Source of the DNA: an archaeon
GTDB taxonomy: Archaea > Nanobdellota > Nanobdellia > Pacearchaeales > UBA284
Direction of reading: 5' to 3'
Length of the DNA stretch: 49,309 nt
Assembly: GCA_030641225.1 (NCBI GenBank)
Contig: DAOWHW010000019.1
Coordinates: 1 to 49,309, forward strand
The notes under the pieces were generated by a model. That model was not told the DNA's origin. It did no database searches and saw nothing but the letters and a program-made list of their open reading frames with translations. Of this stretch, positions 8,947 to 18,218 are shown in pieces (position 1 is the first letter of the stretch; each line of letters starts with the position of its first letter). The position numbers and the translations under genes are program-made.

Positions 8947-10314
8947 ATGTTAGACAAATTAGGCAATGTATTAAAAAAAACAATGTCAAAGCTAGCTGGA
9001 GCTGTATTTATTGACAAAAAGATTACTGAGGAAATTATTAAAGATCTTAAATATGCACTTCTTGAAGCTGACGTTGATATAAAAACTACAACAAGTTTAT
9101 GCGATAAAATAAGAAAAAAAGCTGGAGAAAAAATTCCTGGACTTGAAAAGAAAGAAAAATTAATCAAGTTAATACATGACGAACTTATTAAAATTCTTGG
9201 AAAAGAAGAGCAAGAAATTAAAATAGACAAAAAGAAAAAGCCATTCAAAATCATGTTGCTTGGCCTTTATGGGGGCGGTAAAACAACTACTGCAGCAAAG
9301 TTAGGTTTTTATTATAGTAAAAGAGGCTTGAAGAGTTGTCTTATTGGTCTTGATGTTCATAGGCCAGCAGCACCAGAACAACTAGAACAGCTGGCAAAAA
9401 AAGCTAAATTGTCTTGTCTAATTGATAAAAAAGAAAAATTAGCTGGAAAAATCTGGAATAAATTTGAAAAAAAATTAAAAAAATATAATCTTGTAATTAT
9501 TGATACAGCTGGTAGAGATGTACTTAGCAATGCTTTAATTAATGAACTTAAAGCTCTACATAGAGAGATTAAACCAGATCTTACTATTCTTGTAATGCCA
9601 GGTGATATTGGAAAAACAGCTTCTACTCAAGCCAAAGGTTTTAACAAGGCTTGTAAAATTGATGGCATCATAGTAACAAGAATGGATGGAACAGCAAAAG
9701 GTGGCGGCGCTTTGGTAAGTTGTGCAGAAACAAACGCTAAGGTCATTTTTATTGGCACAGGTGAAAAACTTCAAGATATAGAAATTTTTGATCCAAGTGC
9801 TTTTGTTTCTCGCTTACTTGGAATGGGAGATTTAAAGGGCTTACTTGAAAAAGCAAAGCTTGCTCTTGAAGAGAAAGAACAAAAGAAAATTGAATCAAGG
9901 CTTAAAGAAGGTAAATTTACTCTTAGTGATTTTTATGATCAGATCAAAACAATGCAATCTATGGGGCCACTTGGCAAAATTGCAGAAATGATTCCAGGTT
10001 TTGGTGGTATAAAAACTAAAGTTCCGAAAATTTTTGATGTTCAGGAGGCTAAGCTAAAAAAATGGAGATTTACCATAGATAGTATGACACCAGAAGAAAG
10101 GGAAAATCCTGAAATCCTTAGTTCTGGAAGAATTGCAAGAATTGCCAAGGGAAGTAATGTTTCAACTGCTGATATTCGCACCCTAATAAAACAATATAAA
10201 GTCGTAAAGGAATTTGTTTCTGGAGCCAAAGGCATGAAAGATTTGAGTCCAGGACAGATTGATAAAAAAACTCTTCAGAAATTAGCAAAGAAATTTGGTA
10301 GAAAGATGTTTTAA
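8947..10314 (+). CDS. srp54: Signal recognition particle protein SRP54
   Basis: Contains GLYGGGKTTTAAKL, DTAGR and TRMDGTAKGGGAL, then a Met-rich M-domain (MQSMGPLGKIAEMIPGFG). It directly follows ftsY. Confidence 0.92.
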   Translation: MLDKLGNVLKKTMSKLAGAVFIDKKITEEIIKDLKYALLEADVDIKTTTSLCDKIRKKAGEKIPGLEKKEKLIKLIHDELIKILGKEEQEIKIDKKKKPFKIMLLGLYGGGKTTTAAKLGFYYSKRGLKSCLIGLDVHRPAAPEQLEQLAKKAKLSCLIDKKEKLAGKIWNKFEKKLKKYNLVIIDTAGRDVLSNALINELKALHREIKPDLTILVMPGDIGKTASTQAKGFNKACKIDGIIVTRMDGTAKGGGALVSCAETNAKVIFIGTGEKLQDIEIFDPSAFVSRLLGMGDLKGLLEKAKLALEEKEQKKIESRLKEGKFTLSDFYDQIKTMQSMGPLGKIAEMIPGFGGIKTKVPKIFDVQEAKLKKWRFTIDSMTPEERENPEILSSGRIARIAKGSNVSTADIRTLIKQYKVVKEFVSGAKGMKDLSPGQIDKKTLQKLAKKFGRKMF

Positions 10315-10337
10315 TTATTCTAATATTTTATAAATCT

Positions 10338-10817
10338 TTATTTTCTAGTTAAAAGCCATGAAGCAAATACTGTAAGCACGAGAAGAATTATTATGCCAAT
10401 AACGCTTGGCTGCATTAAGAAAGTTTTTGGTCCTGCAAGGGACTTAGTAATAAGGTCACCAAAAACATAAATTGCTGAAACAACAAAACCTATTACTAAT
10501 ACCACAACAATAATCCATGCAAACCATGGCTGAAAGAATTTATCAATATCTCCTTTTATCAGGCCAACCACAAGAGCTATGAATAATAAAGATACTATAA
10601 GAACAGCAAACCAAGGGGCTATTAACTTAACATATTGTACTGCGCTTGCAGAAACAAGAAAGATTATAGAGACTGCAAAAGAAACTAGAATATGTACAAA
10701 TTTGTTTTCTCCCAAAGCTTTTGTTTTTCCTAATAAAGCATAGGTAACTACAAAAACTAACAAAAATCCAAATACAGGAATAAAGGCTGATATTCCTGTT
10801 AAATCTATTTCCACCAT
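10338..10817 (-). CDS. Polytopic membrane protein, paralog family member A
   Basis: 159 aa with about 5 TM segments. It shares the N-terminal motif FLLVFVVTYALLGKTKALGE with the ORFs at 10843 and 11846. Confidence 0.65.
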   Translation of the reverse strand: MVEIDLTGISAFIPVFGFLLVFVVTYALLGKTKALGENKFVHILVSFAVSIIFLVSASAVQYVKLIAPWFAVLIVSLLFIALVVGLIKGDIDKFFQPWFAWIIVVVLVIGFVVSAIYVFGDLITKSLAGPKTFLMQPSVIGIIILLVLTVFASWLLTRK

Positions 10818-10842
10818 TTTTATTCTCTTTTTATCTTAATTT

Positions 10843-11391
10843 TTAATCTGTTGTTTCTCTAAATACTTTACCACCCTTTATTTTGTTTGTTAATGGCCCC
10901 AAAAATACAATTGCAACCATTAAGATAATGATTGCAAAAATAATTACTATAGCGCTATTTCTTTGAAGCCAGAACCAAAATCCCTCTCCAAAAATCATCT
11001 TAAATACTCCAGAACGTGCCATGACAACTAAGAATATTGCTCCTCCAGCTAAGCTGAAAATCCACATCCATGATTTGTCACCTGGTTTTAATGCAACTCC
11101 AAGCAAGATAATTAAAGCAAGCATTATTGCTATTCCAATTGCTAAATTTGAGAAAAAATACATAAAAAAGCCACCAACATATGGATTACTTACTGTAAAG
11201 AATCCTAAGATTAGGGCTATGATTAGATTTACTCCACGATTATCAAAAAGTTTTATTTTTTCAAGTATTGCAAAAACAATAGCAAAAATTAATATAAATG
11301 GAAAGAGAACAGTAAAAACACCAAATTGTTCCCATTGTTGTATTACGCCATACAAAGCTGTCCAACCAAAATCACTATATCCATTAACCAT
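10843..11391 (-). CDS. Polytopic membrane protein, paralog family member B
   Basis: 182 aa, multi-TM. Its motif FILIFAIVFAILEKIKLFDN aligns with the paralogs. Confidence 0.65.
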   Translation of the reverse strand: MVNGYSDFGWTALYGVIQQWEQFGVFTVLFPFILIFAIVFAILEKIKLFDNRGVNLIIALILGFFTVSNPYVGGFFMYFFSNLAIGIAIMLALIILLGVALKPGDKSWMWIFSLAGGAIFLVVMARSGVFKMIFGEGFWFWLQRNSAIVIIFAIIILMVAIVFLGPLTNKIKGGKVFRETTD

Positions 11392-11450
11392 TTTTTCCTC
11401 TTTTCTATATTATATCTAAAAAATTATATTTTATATACTTTTCTTTTTAT

Positions 11451-11843
11451 TTAATCTTGCCATGGCTTTTTATAACTTTCTTCTATAAGTAAATCTAAAC
11501 ATCTTTTTTTAAGTTCTTCTTTCTTTGAAGCTTCTAATATTTCTATGGGGGTTTTATCTGTAGTAAATTCGCCTCGAAGTTCAGTTTCTTTCAGTATTAG
11601 ATACTGGCCTGAAATTTTTTGGAAAATAAATCTTGCTGTAAGATATCTACGTTCTCTATCTAATCTAGCTCTTTTTCGATCTCCCATTATAAAAAGATCT
11701 ACATCTGTCATGGTAATTGAACAAGGAAGAGCCACTCTTGCTTCATAACCTTTTTTTAATTCTATTATATCTGCTGTATTAAAACCCCAATTAATTTCAC
11801 ATAGTATATTCTTTTCTTTTTTAATCACAGTTTTTAATGACAT
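11451..11843 (-). CDS. Hypothetical soluble protein, 130 aa
   Basis: Clean ORF tightly packed between two of the paralogous membrane genes, ending 2 nt from the next. No motif recognised. Confidence 0.5.
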   Translation of the reverse strand: MSLKTVIKKEKNILCEINWGFNTADIIELKKGYEARVALPCSITMTDVDLFIMGDRKRARLDRERRYLTARFIFQKISGQYLILKETELRGEFTTDKTPIEILEASKKEELKKRCLDLLIEESYKKPWQD

Positions 11844-11845
11844 TC

Positions 11846-12331
11846 TTATTTTTTTGAACCTTTGCTCTGAGTCAATACCAAGGCAATTGCTCCACCAAAA
11901 ATCATAATAAAGATTATTATAGCCAACATATCACTGTTTATGTTTGCTAATTGTATTTTTTCGAGTAAACCAGCTGCCCAGATTACTGAAACAATGATAG
12001 CTAAACCAAATAATATTCCTAACACAACCTGCGTTCCTTTATTTTCTTGTTTTATTCCAATAAATCCAAAAACAAGGAAATAACCCAACAAGATTATAAC
12101 CATTGTGGCTATTAATGGTATAAGTTTTATTGTAAAACCAACTAATGATTGCACACCAATAAACATAAAACCAATAATAATAGCTACAAGAAGATTGGCA
12201 TATTTTTTCTCTTCTCCTAATATAGATGTTTTTTCAAGTATAGCATAAACAACAACAAAAATCAGTAAAAAGGGTAGAATTATATTTGTAAATAAAGGAT
12301 GTGCAAATATACTAAAAGTTTCTGCGATCAT
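11846..12331 (-). CDS. Polytopic membrane protein, paralog family member C
   Basis: 161 aa, multi-TM. Its motif FLLIFVVVYAILEKTSILGE aligns with the paralogs. Confidence 0.65.
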   Translation of the reverse strand: MIAETFSIFAHPLFTNIILPFLLIFVVVYAILEKTSILGEEKKYANLLVAIIIGFMFIGVQSLVGFTIKLIPLIATMVIILLGYFLVFGFIGIKQENKGTQVVLGILFGLAIIVSVIWAAGLLEKIQLANINSDMLAIIIFIMIFGGAIALVLTQSKGSKK

Positions 12332-12355
12332 CTTAGATTAAGTTTTTTATTATTT

Positions 12356-12646
12356 CTATTGTTCTGACATTTCTAGATCTTCTTTCATTTCTTCCTGTGC
12401 TGGAATAGCATTTCTATTTATAATAACAACCTCACTTATAGCCTTAACATATTGGTGAGGAATTATTAAACCACGAGCGCCAGAAAGTAAAGAAAAAAGA
12501 GTGCTATCGCGAGCAATTTTAACACGCCAGCTGTCCACTTTATTCGCAATTACATTAGCCTCTTCTATAAGACCAACATAATCTCCAGAATCTGTAAAAA
12601 TTTTCATCCCAGCAGTCTCACTTATACGCAAAATTTTCAAAACCAT
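12356..12646 (-). CDS. PRC-barrel domain protein
   Basis: 96 aa. The pattern GMKIFTDSGDYVGLIEEANVIANKVDSWRVKI...LIIPHQYVKAI fits small archaeal PRC-barrel proteins. It is the first gene of the minus-strand operon. Confidence 0.55.
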   Translation of the reverse strand: MVLKILRISETAGMKIFTDSGDYVGLIEEANVIANKVDSWRVKIARDSTLFSLLSGARGLIIPHQYVKAISEVVIINRNAIPAQEEMKEDLEMSEQ

Positions 12647-12810
12647 CTTTTGTTATATATTATTTTACTATATTCTTTAGCATTTAATTAATTCTTATAA
12701 TTAAAGAAGCTTTAAATATTTTATGTTGTTTTTTTTCTATTTAGTATTATTGCAAATGTTTTTATAATCTTTTTCTTTTTTAAAAGATAGAAAAAAAGAG
12801 GGCACTGATA

Positions 12811-14973
12811 ATGGTAAGAGAAGATCTTCGCGATTTTCTAAAGCAATTTGAAGCTAAAATAGAAAAAGAGTTAAGAGAGGGTATTGAAGAGGAAGCAACA
12901 GATTACTCCCATGAGTATGATAAATTTAGGAAAGAAACTCTCGCTCCTTTAAGTAAGTATGAAAAAGCTTGTAAAAGTATAGGTAGAATTGTTAGGTTAA
13001 GACTCGCACAAAAAGATAGAGAAAGAACTAAAAGGGCTGTAGAAAGAGCTCATCTTGATATTGAACCAGAAGAGGCTGCTGGCCTGGCTATATTTACATT
13101 AGTTGGCACAATAATTTTTGCCGTTTTAATTTCATTTGCAATTTTTTTGTTGATAGGCACTTTTCCTATTCTGATTTTTGCCTTATTATTTCTTGTATCC
13201 TTTTTTCTTTTTTACTTTTTTAAAACTCTACCATCAAGATTAGAACAAAAATGGCGTTTGAAAGCTTCATCACAAATGGTGCCGTGTGTTCTTTACATAG
13301 TTGTATATATGAGACATACCTCTAATTTAGAAAGGGCCATTCATTTTGCTTCCCAACATCTTCAACCCCCACTTTCTCTTGATTTAAAAAAGATATTTTG
13401 GAATGTTGAAACAGCCAAGTATAGCACAATAAAAGATGCTTTAGATGCATATCTTGAAACCTGGCGTGAGAAGAATCTTGAATTTGTAGAATCTTTTCAT
13501 CTTATAGAATCTTCTTTGTATGAACCTGTAGAATCAAGAAGAATAAGGACTCTAGAGAAAGCTCTTGAGGTTATTCTTGATGGTGTTTATGAAAAAATGT
13601 TGCACTACGCTCACGACGTAAAGAGCCCTATTACGAATATCTATATGTTAGGCATAGTTTTACCAACTCTTGGTCTAGCACTATTACCACTTGCTTCAAC
13701 ACTTCTTCAAGGAGCAATAAAGTGGTATCATGTTGCTCTCCTTTTCAATATACTTATTCCATTTCTTGTTTTTTATATGACTAATAATATTCTAAGCAAA
13801 CGTCCTGGTGGCTCCGGTGAAACAGAACTTCTTGAAAGAAATCCTCTTTATAAGAATTATAAATCGAAAAAACCATACATGATTGCAGCCCTCATAGCAT
13901 TGCCTTTCTTGATACTTGGTTTATTACCCTTACTATTACATTATATTCCCTCGACACCAATTGATTATAATTTTGAGCAGCTTGGTATAGGCTTCTTTGG
14001 TAATCAAACAATTTTTGATTTTAAAATTGATCCAGATACTGGTTCAACAGTTGGTCCATTTGGACCTGGTGCTTTGCTACTGAGTGTATTTATTCCATTT
14101 TCTATTGCATTATTCTTCGCTCTAGCTTACAGACTAAAGACAAAGGCTCTTGTTGAAACAAGAAAAGAAACAAAAAGACTTGAAAAAGAATTTGCTTCAA
14201 GTATCTTCCAACTAGGAAATAGACTTGCAGATGGTATCCCTGCTGAAATGGCTTTTGGAAGGGTAGCTACTTCTCTTAGAGGCACTCCAACAGCTGGTTT
14301 TTTTAATATAGTAAATTCAAATATACAACAAGCAGGAATGAGTGTTAAGAGCGCTATTTTCAGCAAAGGTAGAGGAGCTATTAATTATTATCCCTCTGAG
14401 CTAATCAGAACAAGCATGAGAATTCTTATTGAAAGTGTAAAAAAAGGTCTCGGTGTTGCCTCCAGAGCTTTAATGGCTATAAGTGATTATGTTAAAAATA
14501 TTCAGAAAGTGAATGAAAGGCTCAAGGATTTACTGGCAGATATAACAGCTGGAATGAAAAGTAATATGACTTTTTTAGCTCCTCTACTTGCAGCAATTGT
14601 CGTTGGCTTAGCATCAATGATAACTATGATATTAGGAAGACTTGAATTAATGATTACTACAGGAGCATTAACAGGTTCAGAGGTGCTTCCAGGCTTGGGT
14701 CAACTTGGTGGTATTACAGAAATGTTTAGTATTGTAAAGATGATTCCTCCATACTGGCTTCAAATTATTGTTGGAATCTATATTATAGAAATAATTTTTA
14801 TCCTGACAGGAACTCTTGTAACAATTGAGTCTGGTGAAGACCGTCTCGGAGAAAAAGCAGAAATAAGTAAAACACTCTCAACAGGAATGCTTCTTTATAC
14901 TGTTGCTGCTTTTATTGCAATAATTGCCCTTGCAGTACTTGCAGCAGTAGCAGTGGCGGGAATAGCTGTATAA
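12811..14973 (+). CDS. Type IV pilus/archaellum-type platform protein (FlaJ/TadC/PilC-like, two T2SS-F-like domains)
   Basis: 720 aa with about 9 hydrophobic segments. These alternate with two soluble helical domains at about aa 150-275 and 450-580 (e.g. ASSIFQLGNRLADGIPAEMAFGRVA...NIQQAGMSVKSAI...LIRTSMRILIESVKKG). This is the duplicated GspF/PilC/FlaJ arrangement. Confidence 0.65.
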   Translation: MVREDLRDFLKQFEAKIEKELREGIEEEATDYSHEYDKFRKETLAPLSKYEKACKSIGRIVRLRLAQKDRERTKRAVERAHLDIEPEEAAGLAIFTLVGTIIFAVLISFAIFLLIGTFPILIFALLFLVSFFLFYFFKTLPSRLEQKWRLKASSQMVPCVLYIVVYMRHTSNLERAIHFASQHLQPPLSLDLKKIFWNVETAKYSTIKDALDAYLETWREKNLEFVESFHLIESSLYEPVESRRIRTLEKALEVILDGVYEKMLHYAHDVKSPITNIYMLGIVLPTLGLALLPLASTLLQGAIKWYHVALLFNILIPFLVFYMTNNILSKRPGGSGETELLERNPLYKNYKSKKPYMIAALIALPFLILGLLPLLLHYIPSTPIDYNFEQLGIGFFGNQTIFDFKIDPDTGSTVGPFGPGALLLSVFIPFSIALFFALAYRLKTKALVETRKETKRLEKEFASSIFQLGNRLADGIPAEMAFGRVATSLRGTPTAGFFNIVNSNIQQAGMSVKSAIFSKGRGAINYYPSELIRTSMRILIESVKKGLGVASRALMAISDYVKNIQKVNERLKDLLADITAGMKSNMTFLAPLLAAIVVGLASMITMILGRLELMITTGALTGSEVLPGLGQLGGITEMFSIVKMIPPYWLQIIVGIYIIEIIFILTGTLVTIESGEDRLGEKAEISKTLSTGMLLYTVAAFIAIIALAVLAAVAVAGIAV

Positions 14974-15010
14974 ATTTTATATAGAATTTAAATTTCTTAT
15001 TCAACAATAA

Positions 15011-15679
15011 TTACCAATCAAGATTATAAATTTGTGTAGAATCTTTTCCAAAATAAAGCCATATTGGGCCTTCAAGATAATGTTGGGCAGTCTCATAGTC
15101 ATAGTTAGTGTAGAGATATAATTCTCCTATAGGAAATGGAATTTTTCTTGATATTGCTAAATCACTAGCAGAACTAAGAGTAACTTCATCAACAAGATTT
15201 CCATCTCTTGCGCGCTCTAGTTTATTTGGATTAATTTTATCATACATTTTCAGACCCTCGTAATCTCCTACTTTCATTGACCTTTTTCCATGCTTTATTC
15301 TAAATTTATCCTTAATACCAAAATCACCAGAAGGATCAATTTCTTTTGTTCCAGTTAATGATCTAAATGAACCGTCAAAAACAAGAAATATTCTATAATT
15401 CTTTGTTCCATCTGGATAAGTTGCAAGAAGTAATTTATCAATATAGCTTTTATTTTTCTTAATACCAATATCATCCATTAAGCGCCATCTTTTATTAGAA
15501 AATTCCCATGGATTCCAATCATTCCAATCAATCTCATAACCTTTAAATTTTTTTTCAAATTGATAGGAATCATAATAATTACTTTCTGTTTCTTGAGAAT
15601 TTAGAGAATTTGGTGTTAATAATAAACCACCAGCCACTAGCAAACAACTTGCAAATATTTTTTTAACTAAATTTGACAT
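15011..15679 (-). CDS. Secreted hypothetical protein
   Basis: 222 aa with N-terminal signal-like MSNLVKKIFASCLLVAGGLLLTPNSLNSQ. The mature part is Trp/Tyr-rich. It is on the opposite strand to the surrounding pilus genes. Confidence 0.55.
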   Translation of the reverse strand: MSNLVKKIFASCLLVAGGLLLTPNSLNSQETESNYYDSYQFEKKFKGYEIDWNDWNPWEFSNKRWRLMDDIGIKKNKSYIDKLLLATYPDGTKNYRIFLVFDGSFRSLTGTKEIDPSGDFGIKDKFRIKHGKRSMKVGDYEGLKMYDKINPNKLERARDGNLVDEVTLSSASDLAISRKIPFPIGELYLYTNYDYETAQHYLEGPIWLYFGKDSTQIYNLDW

Positions 15680-15740
15680 TTTACCCTTATCCTTTGTTGG
15701 ATTGGAATAACTTTTTAAAGTTTAAAAACTTTTTTGTTGC

Positions 15741-15896
15741 ATGAAAGATAAAAGGGGTCTTGTCTGGAATGAGATTGCTTGGTGGATATTAGGATTAATC
15801 ATTCTTGCTCTCGTCATCATTTTAATCGTGATTTTACAAAAAAGAGGTATCACTTTACTAGTACAACTTAAAAACTTTTTAAGATTTGGAAGATAA
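15741..15896 (+). CDS. Mini pilin-like protein (51 aa, not in ORF track)
   Basis: My translation is MKDKRGLVWNEIAWWILGLIILALVIILIVILQKRGITLLVQLKNFLRFGR. It has a KRG|L prepilin-type motif plus a hydrophobic helix, and ends 6 nt before the next gene. Confidence 0.55.
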   Translation: MKDKRGLVWNEIAWWILGLIILALVIILIVILQKRGITLLVQLKNFLRFGR

Positions 15897-15902
15897 AATA
15901 AA

Positions 15903-16523
15903 ATGGCTAGAGAAATTATGAGCAATGTTATAAGAGCAATAATTATTGCGGCAGTAATTATAGTTATCGGCGCTTTGGCTGTTATTTTCTTTAATAAAGT
16001 TTTGCCAGTAATAATAGGAGAAGAAATAAGTCTTGAAGATCAACAACAAAATGAAAACAATTTTAATAAACTAATTGAAAATATAGAAAATTGTTATATA
16101 AATGAAGATGATGATTGTTTGTGTGAAGGACTTCCAGATTTTCCAGGAAGTTTTCTCAAAAATTCAAAAATTATTATCAAACAAAAAAATAATGAAGAAA
16201 TCGAAATTAATTGGACATTTAAGAAAAAAACATACAAAAATCAAATTTTGGCTGATATAAAAATTTCTGCCATATATTTTGATACAAAAGAAAAAGTAAC
16301 ATATGGAATCAAAAAAACAATTAATTTTGAAACTGAGCCTCCAACATTTGAACAAATAGGTTTAGAAAAGGGAGTATTTAAAAAATATTATCCAATACTT
16401 ATGACAGGTAAAATTTATAAAAAAGATAATGAAATCTATTTTATAATTAAATATATTGATTATAAAAATCCGACATTAAGAGATCCTGACATAAGAATAT
16501 GTGGTGAAAAGGAAGAAAAATAA
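15903..16523 (+). CDS. N-terminally anchored secreted protein in the pilin cluster (non-canonical signal)
   Basis: 206 aa. MAREIMSNVIRAIIIAAVIIVIGALAVIFF gives a hydrophobic helix without the KKG/KKA motif. The extracellular-looking domain has a Cys cluster (CYINEDDDCLCEG). Confidence 0.6.
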   Translation: MAREIMSNVIRAIIIAAVIIVIGALAVIFFNKVLPVIIGEEISLEDQQQNENNFNKLIENIENCYINEDDDCLCEGLPDFPGSFLKNSKIIIKQKNNEEIEINWTFKKKTYKNQILADIKISAIYFDTKEKVTYGIKKTINFETEPPTFEQIGLEKGVFKKYYPILMTGKIYKKDNEIYFIIKYIDYKNPTLRDPDIRICGEKEEK

Positions 16524-16592
16524 CAAAAGAAAATTTTAAAAACAACTCTTGCTTTTTAAATAAGGAAAATAAAACAAAAGAGGTAATAGATA

Positions 16593-16946
16593 ATGAAAAA
16601 TAAAAAAGCTATAGAGATGAATATTACAACAATTGTTGTAGTGATTCTAGCTCTCCTTGTTCTAGTAATTTTGGCACTATACTTCACAGGTGGGATGCAG
16701 CAATTATGGGAAAGAATTACAGGAGTAGCAGGCACATATGATGAATCAGAGGTGACAAGTGCTAGACAACTTTGTACAACATTTTGTGTTATTGAAGATG
16801 AGCAATCTTTTTGTTCAACACCTTTTAATCTGAGAAAGGGAGAAGAAACTGAAGTAAAGTATTGTGACCAAGACCCTATAAATGCACAAGATTCTCCTAG
16901 TTGTACTAATTTCAAAGATCTTGACTGTAGTCAATATAGAGAATAA
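16593..16946 (+). CDS. Pilin-like protein (class III signal), Cys-rich
   Basis: MKNKKA|IEMNITTIVVVILALLVLVILALYF. The 117-aa protein has six Cys in the mature domain. GAGGT lies upstream. Confidence 0.7.
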   Translation: MKNKKAIEMNITTIVVVILALLVLVILALYFTGGMQQLWERITGVAGTYDESEVTSARQLCTTFCVIEDEQSFCSTPFNLRKGEETEVKYCDQDPINAQDSPSCTNFKDLDCSQYRE

Positions 16947-16960
16947 ACATAAGATAAAAA

Positions 16961-17137
16961 ATGAATAAGAAGGGCGTAGAGCTTTCAATTAATACTATAA
17001 TTATCATAATTCTTGCTATTCTTGTTCTTATAGTTATTTTATTTATTTTTAGTGGTGCTATGAGAGATTTTGCAGCAAATTTATTTGCAAAACTTAAGAC
17101 TGCTCTTGGACTATGGAATTCGACACAAATTCAATAA
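16961..17137 (+). CDS. Short pilin-like protein (58 aa, not in ORF track)
   Basis: My translation is MNKKG|VELSINTIIIIILAILVLIVILFIFSGAMRDFAANLFAKLKTALGLWNSTQIQ. It has the canonical motif with Glu at +2. Confidence 0.65.
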   Translation: MNKKGVELSINTIIIIILAILVLIVILFIFSGAMRDFAANLFAKLKTALGLWNSTQIQ

Positions 17138-17186
17138 AAAAATAAGAAATAAGAAATTTTAAATATTATCTTAATCTTGTTCTTTT

Positions 17187-18218
17187 ATGAATAAAAGAGG
17201 AACACTGATGCTTTTAGAGCAGATAATTAAATTAATAGTTGCAGTTATTGTCATAACTCTTATTATTTATGCTGGTGTTGTTCTCTTTCGAAGTTATTTT
17301 GGTAGTCAAGAAGAACTACAAGCAAAAGGAACTCTTGATGACATTATAATAACATTATCTGAAACAGGAGAAGCAGAAACTTCTGAATTATTTATTATGG
17401 CTCCTTCTGGTTGGAGCATAGTTGCTTTTGATGCTTCACATAATAAGAATGCTGATTTTTATAAGCCAAGTATAAGGCAACCAAATATTGTTTGTCTATG
17501 TAAGAAAAAATGTAAAAGTGAATTTTGTCGTGTAATTGATATGCCTCTAAAACAAGAAGATAAATTAGCAAATATTAAAATTAGAATAATGAAGTTGTGG
17601 ATTAATAATCAAAATACATATTATAAAATAATCAAGGCTAGTGATGCAAAAATTCAAGACAGTCTTTCAGAAGAAAATAGATTAAAAGGTTCTTTATACA
17701 CAGCTTCATCAACAGAACTTGATAAATGGCTTCAAGAAAAAGAGTCTCTTTTAGCTGGGATTAATGAATGTATTATTGATGCTTCAGAACAGACAGGAAT
17801 TCCTTCACAAATAATTCTCGGGATAGCTATCCATGAAAGTAATTGGGGCAAGAGTGATCTTGCTATGGAATGTAATAATTTATATGGCATAAAACAGCAA
17901 GGTCCTGAAGGAATATGTAAAATGTCAACTCAAGAGCAGGAAGGTGATAAATTCATAACAATAAAGGCAGAATTTGCAAAATATAAAACTCAGTGTCAAT
18001 CTGTATATCATTTTGTAGAAACAATATCAAAATCCTTCTATTATGTTGAAGCAATGGAACATACTGATGATATAGAAAAAATGATTTATGCTATTCATGG
18101 CTGTTCAGGACCTTATGCCGGACAAAACTGTATTTATGCTACAGATTTGGAATGGGCTAATAAAGTTTTAGAAATTATAGATGAAATAGAAGAGTCAGAA
18201 GAATCAAAAAATGTTTAA
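17187..18218 (+). CDS. Pilin-like N-terminus fused to a GH73-type glucosaminidase (peptidoglycan hydrolase) domain
   Basis: The N-terminus is MNKRG|TLMLLEQIIKLIVAVIVITLIIYAGVVLF. The C-terminal segment GIPSQIILGIAIHESNWGKSDLAMECNNLYGIKQ...TQEQEGDKFITIKAEFAKYKT matches the FlgJ/LytD-type glucosaminidase signature (ESGWG..S.LA...NNLFGIK ... F..Y). Confidence 0.75.
   Translation: MNKRGTLMLLEQIIKLIVAVIVITLIIYAGVVLFRSYFGSQEELQAKGTLDDIIITLSETGEAETSELFIMAPSGWSIVAFDASHNKNADFYKPSIRQPNIVCLCKKKCKSEFCRVIDMPLKQEDKLANIKIRIMKLWINNQNTYYKIIKASDAKIQDSLSEENRLKGSLYTASSTELDKWLQEKESLLAGINECIIDASEQTGIPSQIILGIAIHESNWGKSDLAMECNNLYGIKQQGPEGICKMSTQEQEGDKFITIKAEFAKYKTQCQSVYHFVETISKSFYYVEAMEHTDDIEKMIYAIHGCSGPYAGQNCIYATDLEWANKVLEIIDEIEESEESKNV

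Noticed and set aside
7900-9254. Listed minus-strand ORFs 7900-8157 and 8907-9254
   Set aside because: They are antisense to the Lys/Glu-rich regions of ftsY and srp54. The Ser/Phe/Leu-rich translations are the mirror image of AAG/GAA-rich coding sequence.
15722-15925. Listed minus-strand ORF of 67 aa
   Set aside because: It is antisense to the + strand 51-aa ORF (15741-15896). That + strand ORF carries the same KRG-plus-hydrophobic-helix signature as the downstream pilin-like genes, so I prefer the + strand reading.
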